Positions 1 to 9,012 of a stretch of 64,000 nt of DNA are shown one piece after another. Origin of the DNA: Candidatus Micrarchaeota archaeon. GTDB lineage: Archaea > Micrarchaeota > Micrarchaeia > Norongarragalinales > Norongarragalinaceae. The number at the start of each line of letters is the position of its first letter. Position 1 is the first letter of the stretch. The stretch is from assembly GCA_016207165.1 (NCBI GenBank), contig JACQQD010000008.1, forward strand, positions 14,602 to 78,601. Direction: 5' to 3'. Both the position numbers and the translations under genes were made by a program. Below the pieces are notes generated by a model. That model ran no database searches and was not told the DNA's origin. It saw nothing but the letters and a program-made list of their open reading frames with translations.

Positions 1-631
1 CGGTGAGGTATTTCTTGAAGTTGTCCTTGGCGAATCCGGGTCCGGCCACCACGATTTTTTCCTTTCCTTCCAGGGTTTTCGCGATTTCAGCGAAGAAGGT
101 TTTCGTGGCTTCTTCAAACGCTTTGGGGTCTTTCTTGGAACCGCGGAAACTCATTTCTCCGAGAAACGTTAGTCCCTGCAACTGAAGTTCCGCTGGAATG
201 GCTTGGTGCTCGTCCATGACGATGAGAAATGCTTTGACGTGCTTGGATTTCTTCTTGGCTTCTTGAAGCAGAGCCCAGTGATAGGCGGAGAGTTTTTTGT
301 GGATTTTGACGCGTTCGTGTAGATCCACGTCAAGGGTGTGGTGGGATCCAATGGAAACGAATTCTTCGGGGGTCCCGCTTTCGATGACTCCGGTCACGCG
401 GAGTTTAAGCGCGCTTTGAGCGAACTCGATTTGCTCGGCGCGGATTTTCAGGTGGACTTTCTTTTTCTCTCCGGAATCCTTTTCCACGCCTTCGACTTTG
501 AAGCGTCGGAAAGATGTGCCTTCCACTCCGTCGCCGGGCTCCACGATTTTCTGCAAGTACCACAAGTCTTCCACGCACTGGGGCTCGACTTTCAGCCAGC
601 CTTCTTCTGGGTTTTGGGAAATGACTTTCAT
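1..631 (-). CDS. pelA: Pelota/Dom34 mRNA surveillance protein (3' end runs off the window)
   Basis: Not in the ORF track because there is no stop in the window. Manual translation from ATG 631 gives MKVISQNPEEGWLKVEPQCVEDLWYLQKIVEPGD...LRVTGVI...GSHHTLDV...IVVAGPGFAKDNFKKYL, which are pelota motifs. Confidence 0.93.
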   Translation of the reverse strand, partial: MKVISQNPEEGWLKVEPQCVEDLWYLQKIVEPGDGVEGTSFRRFKVEGVEKDSGEKKKVHLKIRAEQIEFAQSALKLRVTGVIESGTPEEFVSIGSHHTLDVDLHERVKIHKKLSAYHWALLQEAKKKSKHVKAFLIVMDEHQAIPAELQLQGLTFLGEMSFRGSKKDPKAFEEATKTFFAEIAKTLEGKEKIVVAGPGFAKDNFKKYLT

Positions 632-697
632 GGTTTTCAGTCAACCGGTGCTTTTTATTGTGGCGACGCCAGCTTTAATTTGCGTGTTTTTGACGTT

Positions 698-1597
698 ATG
701 GACATCGAAGATTTTGTGGCCACGCCGGACGTCTCCGAACTGGTCCAGCGGTTTTCACGAACCGGGTTCCAGGCTTCCCACTTGGCCGACGCCGTGGCCG
801 TGATGCGTGAAATCAAGAAAGACAAGGACCAAACCGTGTTTTTGGCGTTTACCGCCAACTTGGTCGCTTCGGGCCTGCGTGGCGTGATTGCGGAAGTCAT
901 TCGCCAGGGCTGGATTGACGCCGTCGTCACGTCGGGCGGCAGCATTGACCATGACCTCATCAAGTCCAAACACGCCTATGCGTTGGGCGGCTTTGATGCG
1001 GACGACAAAAAGTTGCATGCCCAGGACACCAACCGGATTGGAAACGTGTACGTGGAAAACGATTGCTATGTTTGGTTGGAGAAAACCGTGCAACCCGTTT
1101 TCAAGGAGTGCTTGAAGGAGAAAAAGATTTGGAACCCGCAAGAACTCATTGCCAAACTCTCTGAAATCCCGACCGACCCGCACTCGTTTCTTAAGGCGTG
1201 CCGAGAAAAAAGCGTGCCCGTCTTTTCTCCGGCGTTCATCGACTCGGCTTTGGGCTTGCAGCTGCATTTCTTCAAGCAGGATCATCCGGAGTTTGTCTTG
1301 GATGCGTTGGGCGACATGAAGTCCCTTTCCCATTTGGTTCTTTCCGCGAAAAAAACGTCGGCCATCGTGTTGGGGGGCGGCTCGTCCAAGCACTTCACCA
1401 TCGGCTCCAACCTGCTTCGAGGCGGTTTGGATGCGGCGGTATACTTCACCACGGCCCAGGAATACGACGGGTCGCTTTCCGGCGCGCCTCCAAGAGAAGC
1501 CGTGTCGTGGGGCAAACTCAAGGAAAAAGGGAACGCGGTGACCGTATACGGCGATGCGACGATGACGTTCCCGTTGGCGGTTTCCGCCTTACATTGA
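698..1597 (+). CDS. dys: Deoxyhypusine synthase
   Basis: GFQASHL, FTANLVASGLR, NRIGNV, DGSLSGA and EAVSWGK (catalytic Lys) motifs. Start moved to ATG 698 because the upstream ORF extension is antisense to pelota. Confidence 0.95.
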   Translation: MDIEDFVATPDVSELVQRFSRTGFQASHLADAVAVMREIKKDKDQTVFLAFTANLVASGLRGVIAEVIRQGWIDAVVTSGGSIDHDLIKSKHAYALGGFDADDKKLHAQDTNRIGNVYVENDCYVWLEKTVQPVFKECLKEKKIWNPQELIAKLSEIPTDPHSFLKACREKSVPVFSPAFIDSALGLQLHFFKQDHPEFVLDALGDMKSLSHLVLSAKKTSAIVLGGGSSKHFTIGSNLLRGGLDAAVYFTTAQEYDGSLSGAPPREAVSWGKLKEKGNAVTVYGDATMTFPLAVSALH

Positions 1598-2518
1598 CCG
1601 CAAAATCTTGATTCTTTCTTCAATGGGCGGGTGGGTGGCGAACAGGCCGTCGAGGTTGGACTTGACGGGGTCGTCGAAGAACAAGTGGCTTTCGGCTTCC
1701 GAGACGTTCATGTCGCCCTTGTTTTTGGACTTGAGTTTCTCCAATGCCGAGGCCAGGCCTTCGGGGTTGCGCGTCAGGCGGGCGCCGGAGGCGTCGGCGA
1801 GGTACTCGCGTTTTCTTGAAACCGCTGCTTGGGCGAAGCGCACGGCGATGGGTGCGACAATGGCCAGGATGATGCCGACGATGATCAAAAGCCCGATGTT
1901 GCCTTTTCGGTCCGAACCCCCGCCTCCGGAAAACCAGAGGCCCCGCAAAAACATGTGGCTCAAGATGGCGACCAGTCCCACCATGACGGCGACGATCAAG
2001 GCGAAGCGGATGTCGTAGTTTTGGATGTGCGAGATTTCGTGCGCGATGACGCCTTCCAGTTCCGAGCGGTCCAATGCATTCAAGAGGCCGGTGGTCACCG
2101 CAATGGAGGCGTGTTGTGGGTCGCGGCCGGTGGCAAAGGCGTTGAGTTCCGTGGATTCAATGACGTAGACGTCCGGGGTTTTTGGGAGTCGGGCGGCGAA
2201 GGCCAGGTTTTCGACGAGGTTTTTCAGGTACAGTTCTTTGGGGGTTTTGCCTTCGACTTTTTTGGCGCCGGTGGTCTTCAAAACGATTTGGTCGCCAAAG
2301 TAGTAGGACGTCAGCACGTACCCGCCGGCGACGATGAGGCCCAAAGCCAAAAAGAGGATGGATCCGGTGCCGGTGTAGACTTCCGCGATGATGTAAATCA
2401 TGGCGAACAAGAAAAAGAAGACGAGGATGGAGATCAGGTAGCTTTTGATTTTGTTGCCGGAGATTTCTTGTTCAAACGACGTGCGTTCCACGGGCGCGAA
2501 GGGCGCGGATTGGGGCAT
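1589..2518 (-). CDS. htpX: HtpX M48 membrane zinc protease
   Basis: NAFATGRDP, HEISH zinc motif, SRKREYLAD, FATHPPIEERI. Confidence 0.95.
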   Translation of the reverse strand: MPQSAPFAPVERTSFEQEISGNKIKSYLISILVFFFLFAMIYIIAEVYTGTGSILFLALGLIVAGGYVLTSYYFGDQIVLKTTGAKKVEGKTPKELYLKNLVENLAFAARLPKTPDVYVIESTELNAFATGRDPQHASIAVTTGLLNALDRSELEGVIAHEISHIQNYDIRFALIVAVMVGLVAILSHMFLRGLWFSGGGGSDRKGNIGLLIIVGIILAIVAPIAVRFAQAAVSRKREYLADASGARLTRNPEGLASALEKLKSKNKGDMNVSEAESHLFFDDPVKSNLDGLFATHPPIEERIKILRSM

Positions 2519-2532
2519 TTCTTTTTACCGTT

Positions 2533-3102
2533 TCAGTCGTTGAGGAGTTTTTCGGCGTCGATGCCTTTGCGCGCTTTCTCGTCGGCTTTGAAGTAGGGCC
2601 ACTTGTTTTTGGCGAAACCGAACATGCCGGCGAACCACGCGCCGGGAATGGTGGTGGTTGAGTTGATGTATTGCTGGACGGTGTAGCCGTAGCGTTGGCG
2701 GCCGTACTTGATTTTGTCTTCGATTCCCGATAGGCTTTCCATGGCCATTTGCATGGTTTCGTTGGAGCGCATCTGGGGGTAGGCCTCGGCGCGCGCGTAA
2801 AATCCGGAGATGAGGGCTCCGATTTGTTCGTGGGCCGCGACTTTTTCTCCGATGTTTTTGGCTTTCATGGCGCCTTCGCGGGCTTTGGCAAGGCCGGTGA
2901 ACAAGTCGGTTTCTTGTTTCATGATGCGTTTGGCCATGGCGATGAGGTTGGGGATGGTGTCCAACCGCTGTTGGAGGAGCGGGTCGATTAGGTTCCAGTC
3001 GGCTTCGGCTTGGTTGTTCAGCGTCGTCAACTTGTTGAAGTAATACCAAATCAATACGAGTACCAGTAAGACGAGGCCGCCGATGACCCATGCAAGAACC
3101 AT
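2533..3102 (-). CDS. lemA: LemA family protein
   Basis: N-terminal TM helix, LQQRLDTIPNL, EAYPQMRSN; usual lemA-htpX pairing. Confidence 0.92.
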   Translation of the reverse strand: MVLAWVIGGLVLLVLVLIWYYFNKLTTLNNQAEADWNLIDPLLQQRLDTIPNLIAMAKRIMKQETDLFTGLAKAREGAMKAKNIGEKVAAHEQIGALISGFYARAEAYPQMRSNETMQMAMESLSGIEDKIKYGRQRYGYTVQQYINSTTTIPGAWFAGMFGFAKNKWPYFKADEKARKGIDAEKLLND

Positions 3103-3195
3103 GCTTTTTTCCACCCACCGTTGATTTGAGTTTGTGAAGCAATTACGTTGAACTTGCTTTTAAGGAAATGGTTTGATTCTCGTGCATGGGCGTTT

Positions 3196-3222
3196 TATAG
3201 CAATCCCGGACTTTTTTTGTCG
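3196..3222 (+). repeat. Copy of dispersed TATAGCAAwCCCGGA repeat
   Basis: TATAGCAATCCCGGACTTTTTTTGTCG; matches 19895-19909 and the reverse complement of 61866-61891. Confidence 0.6.
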
Positions 3223-3329
3223 GGAAACTTTCGTGGTTTACTGTATGGGTGGCCGGGTTTTGTTTGTTCGTATCATGCAATGCGTGTTGTCGGGTTTGAC
3301 TTGAATTCGGGGCGTGTGTCCGTTTCGTC

Positions 3330-4655
3330 TTATTCGGCCAGGACGTTGGAGACCAGCCAAGCGGCGTCGAAGGGTTTGAGGTCGCCGTATTCTTGGCCGA
3401 CGCCGACCAGTACGATGGGTACGCCGACTTCGTGGGCTACGCTAAACGAGGTGCCGCCTTTGGCGTCGCAGTCGACTTTGGTGAGAATCACGCCATCCAA
3501 TTTCAGGGATACGTGGAATGCTTTGGCTTGTTCCACCAGGGCGTGGCCGGCCACGGCTTCGCCGACGAAGAGTTTGAGGTCGGGGTTTACCACTCGGTTG
3601 ATTTTCTCCATTTCTTTTAAGAGGTTGTAGTTGGTTTCCTGGCGTCCGGCGGTGTCAATGAGGACGGCGTCGAGTTTCTTGGCTTGGGCGTGGGCGATGG
3701 CGTCAAAGGCTACTGCCGAAGGATCGGAGCCGTATTGGTGGGCGATGACGTTCACGCCGATTTTTTCTCCGTGGTGTTGGAGTTGCTCGATGGCGGCGGC
3801 GCGGAACGTGTCGGCGGCCGCTAAAACGCAGGACGCGCCGTTTTGTCTCAAGTAAAACGCGGTTTTGGCGATGGTAGTGGTTTTTCCCGCCCCGTTGGGG
3901 CCCAGGAAGAGGATTTTGACGGGTTTTTCGTGGGTTTGGATGTAGGCGACCAGATCCAGGGGTTGTTGGTTGACGAGTTGGCTTAGGGTGGCGTGGACGG
4001 CGTTTTTGATTTCTTCTTGGACGCGTTGTTTCTCGACTTTTTTGCCGGCGAGTTGTTCTTTGAGGGTGGTCGTGATGTGGTCGGCGGTGTCAAGGGTCAC
4101 GTCGCTTTCCAAAAGCGCGAGTTGGAGTTCTTCCAGCATGGGTTCCAATTCGCTTTCCTGGATTTGGATTTCTTTGACGAAGAAGCTTTTGACTTGGCTG
4201 AACAAGCCGAGTTTGGCTTCCAGTTTGCGTTCTTTTTTGGGTTCGGGTTGGGCGGAGGGTTCCGGTTTGTCTTGCGGTGCGGATGGTTTGGCGATGGGTT
4301 GGATTGCGGAGGAGTTTTGTGTTTCGGAGGGGTTGACCGCTTTTTGGTTTTCCAATCGGGGTTTCGGTGCAGGTGGCGTAATGGTTTCCCGAATGGATCT
4401 AACGGGTTCTGGGGGTTTTGTAGGCGTTGGGGCCGAAGTCGTTGACTGGTTTCGTGGTTCATCCGGCGGCGTGGGCGTTGGCTTGGTTTGGAATTCGGGT
4501 TGGCGGGGGATCGCTGGATTTTCTTGGGGTTCCGGCGGCTGGAGGGGTTGAGGCTGTGGGGCGTGCAACGGTTGTTCGGGTTCGCCTTTTTGTTCTTCTT
4601 TTTGGGTGAGTTGGTCGATGAAGGACGAAATTTTTTTCTTGAGTAGCCCGAACAT
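3330..4655 (-). CDS. ftsY: Signal recognition particle receptor FtsY
   Basis: MFGLLKKK start, Pro/Glu-rich linker, GPNGAGKTTT, DTFRAAA, DTAGR, TKVDCDAKGG. Confidence 0.97.
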   Translation of the reverse strand: MFGLLKKKISSFIDQLTQKEEQKGEPEQPLHAPQPQPLQPPEPQENPAIPRQPEFQTKPTPTPPDEPRNQSTTSAPTPTKPPEPVRSIRETITPPAPKPRLENQKAVNPSETQNSSAIQPIAKPSAPQDKPEPSAQPEPKKERKLEAKLGLFSQVKSFFVKEIQIQESELEPMLEELQLALLESDVTLDTADHITTTLKEQLAGKKVEKQRVQEEIKNAVHATLSQLVNQQPLDLVAYIQTHEKPVKILFLGPNGAGKTTTIAKTAFYLRQNGASCVLAAADTFRAAAIEQLQHHGEKIGVNVIAHQYGSDPSAVAFDAIAHAQAKKLDAVLIDTAGRQETNYNLLKEMEKINRVVNPDLKLFVGEAVAGHALVEQAKAFHVSLKLDGVILTKVDCDAKGGTSFSVAHEVGVPIVLVGVGQEYGDLKPFDAAWLVSNVLAE

Positions 4656-4666
4656 TTCGTTTCGCC

Positions 4667-5080
4667 TTAGCGGCTGGGGGTGCGGCGTTGGATGATTTCC
4701 TCGGCTTCTTGCGAGATTTTTTCGAGTTGCCCGATGACGGCGGCGTAGTTGTTCGTCACGTCTTGAGCGCTTTTTTCGATGGCGCCTTTTCGTTTTTCCA
4801 GGGTTTTTTGTGCGTCTTGGAGGCTTTGTTCGACCAGGACGCGTCCGCCGACGTCCACAAGCACTTTTTCGACTGCTTCCAGCCGTGCTTTGGCGAATAC
4901 GCCGGATCCCAGAGGGAAAAGCGAGCCGTTCTGGAGGTCTTTGTAGGAGGCCAGGGCTTTCTGGGAGGCAGAAAGTTCGCCGAGGGCCTGTTGCATGAGC
5001 TGCATTTTTTCCTGGAGTTCCGCGGCTTGGCTGCGCAGTACGTTGATTTGGTCGGCTTTTCGTTGCAGTTCGTCCGTCAT
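4667..5080 (-). CDS. pfdA: Prefoldin subunit alpha
   Basis: Coiled coils flanking LFPLGSGVF...KVLVDVGGRVLVE; operon position. Confidence 0.93.
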   Translation of the reverse strand: MTDELQRKADQINVLRSQAAELQEKMQLMQQALGELSASQKALASYKDLQNGSLFPLGSGVFAKARLEAVEKVLVDVGGRVLVEQSLQDAQKTLEKRKGAIEKSAQDVTNNYAAVIGQLEKISQEAEEIIQRRTPSR

Positions 5081-5086
5081 TTGAAT

Positions 5087-5755
5087 CTATCCTCCGCTGA
5101 GTGCTTCAAAAATGCGTTGGGTTTCCACGCCGGTCGTCAAATCGCCGACCAGTGCGCCAGCCTTGTTGGCGACTACGCCCAGTGCGTTGAAGGGCGTGCC
5201 GCTGTTGGCCGTGCCGTTGAGTCCCCGGACGTGGAACGTTTTTTCCATTTGCCGGAATTCGACTTCGGTGACTTCGTTGTACGCGAAAAGCCCTTGGTCC
5301 GTCACCACGTTGATGGCGCCCAGGGTGACCATGCCGGAGAGGGGTTGTTGGATGACTTCCACGCCCAAAACGTCGGCGATGGACGCGGCTTCTTTCTTGG
5401 GGATTTTGGGTGAAGCAAAGCAGGCGTGGTTGTTCGCCAAAAGCACGTTGCCGGGCGCCAAGCCGCTTTTGAGGGTGTGGATGCGGTAACCCGCGTTTTT
5501 CAGTAACTTTTTTTCCTCGTTTTCCGCGTCGGCGGCCAGCACGCATCCGGTTTGGTTCAGCACGCAGAACAATCCGATGAGCGGCGATTGCTTGATGAAC
5601 AAGTCGATGGCCTTTACGCCGAGGGTTTCCTCGGCGAGTTCTCGGATTTTTGCTGGCGCAGATTTGGGCACGAGCACGTGTTGGTCGTTTGCCTTCAAAA
5701 ATAGTCCGATGAACGGGTTTTTGTGGTAATGCGTTTTGGTGATCCGGAACGTCAT
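5087..5755 (-). CDS. eif6: Translation initiation factor aIF6
   Basis: NPFIGLF, GNVLLANN, GTANSG...GVVANKAGALVG..TTGVE..RI. Confidence 0.95.
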   Translation of the reverse strand: MTFRITKTHYHKNPFIGLFLKANDQHVLVPKSAPAKIRELAEETLGVKAIDLFIKQSPLIGLFCVLNQTGCVLAADAENEEKKLLKNAGYRIHTLKSGLAPGNVLLANNHACFASPKIPKKEAASIADVLGVEVIQQPLSGMVTLGAINVVTDQGLFAYNEVTEVEFRQMEKTFHVRGLNGTANSGTPFNALGVVANKAGALVGDLTTGVETQRIFEALSGG

Positions 5756-6201
5756 TTGTTTTCCGCCAATTGCGCGTACACGGTGCCGGCTTCGTCTTTT
5801 TGCAAAAGGACGTCGACGTACTTGAGCGGCTTGGCGCTTTTGCGGATGGCGTTGTTGAGGCGGACGTCGACGTGGACGGCGGCGCCTTTCATGTGCCGCT
5901 TGCAGAATTCTTGCAATAGGCTTAACGCTTTGTTTTGTTGTTTGAAGCGGGGCTTGCTGTGCGCTTTGGACAGGTTGACGGTGTACTTTCGTTCCAGGAC
6001 GAATTTTTTTTCCGCTTTTTTGGGTTCTTCGGCTTTGGACGCCTTTTCCGTCTTTTTTTCGTCCGGCGCCTTTTCAGCCGTTGCTTCTTCTTTGGCGGCT
6101 TGCGGGGCCTGGCGCTTGCCTTTCTCCAAGTCCTCTTCGCCTTTCATTTTGGCGTCGTCTTTCTTGGTTTGCGTCTTGTCTTCAAAGCGTTCTTCCGCCA
6201 T
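5752..6201 (-). CDS. rpl31e: Ribosomal protein L31e with long Lys/Glu-rich N-terminal extension
   Basis: ERKYTVNL...LQEFCKRHMK...VHVDVRLNNAI; lies between L39e and aIF6. Confidence 0.85.
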   Translation of the reverse strand: MAEERFEDKTQTKKDDAKMKGEEDLEKGKRQAPQAAKEEATAEKAPDEKKTEKASKAEEPKKAEKKFVLERKYTVNLSKAHSKPRFKQQNKALSLLQEFCKRHMKGAAVHVDVRLNNAIRKSAKPLKYVDVLLQKDEAGTVYAQLAENK

Positions 6202-6376
6202 GCTTCGTGTTCACCTTGCCTTTGGTTTTCAGTTTGCTGGTTTTCCAGTGGCGTTGCTTGACGTTGCGCGTCACGCGCCGGTTGGTCTTCGCCATGGCGA
6301 AAATGGGCACGCGGCGGTTTTGCTGCAGCGCCTTACTGAGCTTTTTTTTCACGGTTCTCGTCTTGTTTCTTGCCAT
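6182..6376 (-). CDS. rpl39e: Ribosomal protein L39e
   Basis: MARNKTRTVKKKLSKALQQNRRVPIFAMAKTNRRV..N.KQRHWKTSKLK. Confidence 0.95.
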   Translation of the reverse strand: MARNKTRTVKKKLSKALQQNRRVPIFAMAKTNRRVTRNVKQRHWKTSKLKTKGKVNTKHGGRTL

Positions 6377-6381
6377 GTACA

Positions 6382-6681
6382 TCACTTTCTCTTGAAGGTA
6401 ATCTTCGGTTCCTTTTTGACGTCTTGGACTCGGCCCAGAATCGAGAGCAGTTGGCTTTCGGTGACTTTGCCGCGGATCTGCCCGCTTTGGACGAGTTGCA
6501 CCAGCAGTCCGACGAGCTGGTCGTACAAGTCCGGGTTGGCCAAGCGCACGTTTTGTATGCGCTCGAATGCGGGCCCGTCCAGGATTTTCTGCAGGATTTG
6601 TCGTTTCTGGTTTTCCTCCACGTGCTTCCGGCGCAGCTGATCGATTTTTTCCTGCTGCGCCTTCTGCCATTCTTCGTTCAT
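6382..6681 (-). CDS. PDCD5/TFAR19-family DNA-binding protein
   Basis: QILQKILDGPAFERIQNVRLANPD...LVQLVQSGQI..KVTESQL; conserved position after S19e. Confidence 0.9.
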   Translation of the reverse strand: MNEEWQKAQQEKIDQLRRKHVEENQKRQILQKILDGPAFERIQNVRLANPDLYDQLVGLLVQLVQSGQIRGKVTESQLLSILGRVQDVKKEPKITFKRK

Positions 6682-7094
6682 GATGCCGCGGCCTTGTCCA
6701 ACAGCGACCGGCCTTTCGCCGTCAGGATGCGGCCGGTTTTCTCTTTCTTGACCAGTCCTGCTTTTTCCAGTTGTTGGAGGGCCAATCGGATGCTTTTGCC
6801 GCCGGCTTTGCGGTGGTGTTGGGGCGAGACTTTGTGCTGGGTGCGGCCGCCGTATTTGTGGCGGAGGCGTTCGACGCCAACCGGCTTTCCGCCGGCGTAA
6901 AGCGTTCGCAGGATGGCGGCGCAGCGCACGAACCAGAAGTCTTCCTGCTCCGGCACGCGTTCGTTGTGCGGGGACAGTTTGACCAATCCGGCCCAAGGCG
7001 GGGGCGTGATGCCTTCCGTGGTTTGGAGCTGTTTGGCGACTTTGTTGATCAGTTCATTGACGGGAACGTCCAGTGCGGCCAATGGATATATCAC
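6678..7094 (-). CDS. rps19e: Ribosomal protein S19e
   Basis: PPWAGLVK...ERVPEQEDFWFVRCAAILR, GVERLRHKYGG, LQQLEKAGLV. Confidence 0.97.
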   Translation of the reverse strand: MIYPLAALDVPVNELINKVAKQLQTTEGITPPPWAGLVKLSPHNERVPEQEDFWFVRCAAILRTLYAGGKPVGVERLRHKYGGRTQHKVSPQHHRKAGGKSIRLALQQLEKAGLVKKEKTGRILTAKGRSLLDKAAAS

Positions 7095-7140
7095 CTAGGA
7101 TGTTTCGCGCCGGTTTTCCTTCGGGCCAGGTTGACGGCCC

Positions 7141-7446
7141 TTAAGCATGAATTGGTTTCCGCTTGTAGGGAATGCGGCGCGTGGTATTACACTTCCGGCA
7201 GGCGTATAAAACCGTTTGGGTCCGCCGATTCTGGCGCACCAACAAGGTGTCGGAAGCAAAGGGCACGTGGCATTTCCGGCAGAAGGATTTCGCGTCCAAA
7301 TGCACGCGGTGTTTCATGGCCAGTCGCCGCGCTTTTTTGACGAGCCGAACGGCTTTTTCCGGGTCATGGGGCCAGGCGTGTTTGGCGTGTTCCAGGAGGT
7401 CTTGCGCGTCTTGAGTGACTTTGGTTTTTGGGGTTTTGGGTTTCAT
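7141..7446 (-). CDS. rnp4: RNase P protein subunit Rpp21
   Basis: ARRLAMKHRV...FCRKC...YACRKCNTTRRIP zinc ribbon; upstream of S19e. Confidence 0.9.
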   Translation of the reverse strand: MKPKTPKTKVTQDAQDLLEHAKHAWPHDPEKAVRLVKKARRLAMKHRVHLDAKSFCRKCHVPFASDTLLVRQNRRTQTVLYACRKCNTTRRIPYKRKPIHA

Positions 7447-8477
7447 AGCGGTTTTTCCTTGACGGGGTTGACCACGACGATGCGGGAACCATTGCGTCCG
7501 GTCAACTCGTTTTGGATGGCGTGCATGATGAGGACGGGGACGTGGGTTTTGGAGGGGTCGTTGAGGTGCGCGTAGGTTTCCGGCGCCGTCCACTCCAGGG
7601 TTTGCCCGAGAAATCCGTGGCGGAACTCGTGGCTGGCGATTTGGTGGAACCGCAGGCGTCTGGTTAGTTGAGGCGTCTCTTTTTCGTGGTCGGCTCCTTC
7701 TTGGCGCGAATCCGTGGCGTGGCGGCTGTATTGGGCGCGGCTGACTAAGAGAATCACGTCGCCTTGAGCTGGTTGGATGCCGCCGACGTACCCGGTTTGA
7801 GGAGTCGCGTTGGGGGAGGGTGAACGGGTTGTGGTTTCGCCGTAAATACCTCCTGGGATTTGAATGGCGCCCCGGATGATGCCTTCCGCCGCATCCTGGG
7901 GGTGGATTTGAAGGTCGGGGTGGAGCCGTCGGGCCACGGCCCACCACTCGTTGAGATCGCTTCGGCCCAGGTGGTGGCGCAGGCGGTCGGCAATGCCTTG
8001 TTTTTGGACGCGGGCGGCCAAAAGGTGTGCGGTTTTTCCTTGGAGGCGGTAGTATTCTTTGCCCATGAGGATGCCCGCGCTTTGCATGAGGTTCATCAAG
8101 CCGTATCCTTTCACGTCCCGGTGCAACACGCTGGCGTGCAGGAAAACCACGTTTCGGGGTGTCGCGTTCTCGGGTTGGACCGTCATGGTGCCCAGCGAGT
8201 AGTATCCCTTGACTTTGCCGCGGTGCTTGACGAGAATCAGGATTTTGACTCCGGTTCCAAACGCCCGTTCCGCGACTTCGTTTTCGTCCGGCAGTTTCGC
8301 GCGTTTGAATGCGGATTGCGTGGCTTGCCGAAGTTCGGACTTGATTCGTTCCTGCCGGACTTCAGGCAGGTTTCCGGGTTCGTAAATGAGTTCCAAACTG
8401 ATGTTTTTGGTTTGCCTGCCCTGGGGGTTTCCATTGGCGTCCCTTCGTTTGCAGCGCAACGGGATTTCGACTGGCAT
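7443..8477 (-). CDS. Hypothetical protein, possible GNAT-like N-terminal half
   Basis: 344-aa ORF; VVFLHASVLHRDVKGYGL resembles acetyl-CoA motif A; no family recognised. Confidence 0.6.
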   Translation of the reverse strand: MPVEIPLRCKRRDANGNPQGRQTKNISLELIYEPGNLPEVRQERIKSELRQATQSAFKRAKLPDENEVAERAFGTGVKILILVKHRGKVKGYYSLGTMTVQPENATPRNVVFLHASVLHRDVKGYGLMNLMQSAGILMGKEYYRLQGKTAHLLAARVQKQGIADRLRHHLGRSDLNEWWAVARRLHPDLQIHPQDAAEGIIRGAIQIPGGIYGETTTRSPSPNATPQTGYVGGIQPAQGDVILLVSRAQYSRHATDSRQEGADHEKETPQLTRRLRFHQIASHEFRHGFLGQTLEWTAPETYAHLNDPSKTHVPVLIMHAIQNELTGRNGSRIVVVNPVKEKPL

Positions 8478-8513
8478 GCATGGACTTGGGGGGGCCACGG
8501 AAATAAAACCTGC

Positions 8514-8900
8514 TTACGGCGGGTTTCTTTTAAGGGATTTCTTCACGCATTCCAAGAGCTGTTTTCCGGCTTCGTCCCACTGGATGTAGGCGCTGTTGGG
8601 GTTGACTTGGGAGCTGTGAGCAATTTGGCCGAAAAAACCGAGTTGAAAGCCCGTCTGGTCGGCGACGATTTCCTGCAACGTTTCCCTGTTTAGCTCTTGG
8701 CGTGTCGCGTCCAAGACGTGGTGAAGCGGGGTTCCAGGTCGCGCGCTTTGCATGATTTTTTTTCGCAGTTTTTCCAGGTCCAACCGATTTGGATGGAATT
8801 CGATTTGGACGGTGGTGTTTCCATTCCACGTGGTCTCGGAGATTTTTTGGATGTGGCCGGAGGCGTCCGTCAACCCGTACTTTTCGAGCAACTCGTGCAT
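8514..8900 (-). CDS. Hypothetical protein
   Basis: 128-aa ORF filling the gap downstream of tRNA-Ile. Confidence 0.55.
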   Translation of the reverse strand: MHELLEKYGLTDASGHIQKISETTWNGNTTVQIEFHPNRLDLEKLRKKIMQSARPGTPLHHVLDATRQELNRETLQEIVADQTGFQLGFFGQIAHSSQVNPNSAYIQWDEAGKQLLECVKKSLKRNPP

Positions 8901-8915
8901 GACGTAATCAATCGG

Positions 8916-9011
8916 ATGGGCCTGGAGGGATTTAGGAACCCGGACCGCGGGAACCCAGGTTCCCCCAGTCCTTGGTAACCCCGACCCCTCCTGTTTTCAT
9001 GTGCGAATTGT
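8916..9011 (-). repeat. Stem-loop mini-element A plus duplicated tRNA-Ile 3' end
   Basis: ATGGGCCTGGAGGGATTT at 8916-8933 is identical to 9012-9029; the intervening GC-rich hairpin is related to elements at 29420 and 61537. Confidence 0.8.
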
Positions 9012-9012
9012 A

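Noticed and set aside
338-697. 120-aa N-terminal extension on deoxyhypusine synthase
   Set aside because: It is the antisense shadow of pelota; the enzyme begins at ATG 698.
3115-3329. Possible SRP RNA or other ncRNA next to ftsY
   Set aside because: Too short and T-rich, and no SRP helix-8 motif is visible.
4200-4600. Pro/Thr/Glu low-complexity region in FtsY
   Set aside because: A variable disordered N-terminal linker is normal for FtsY.
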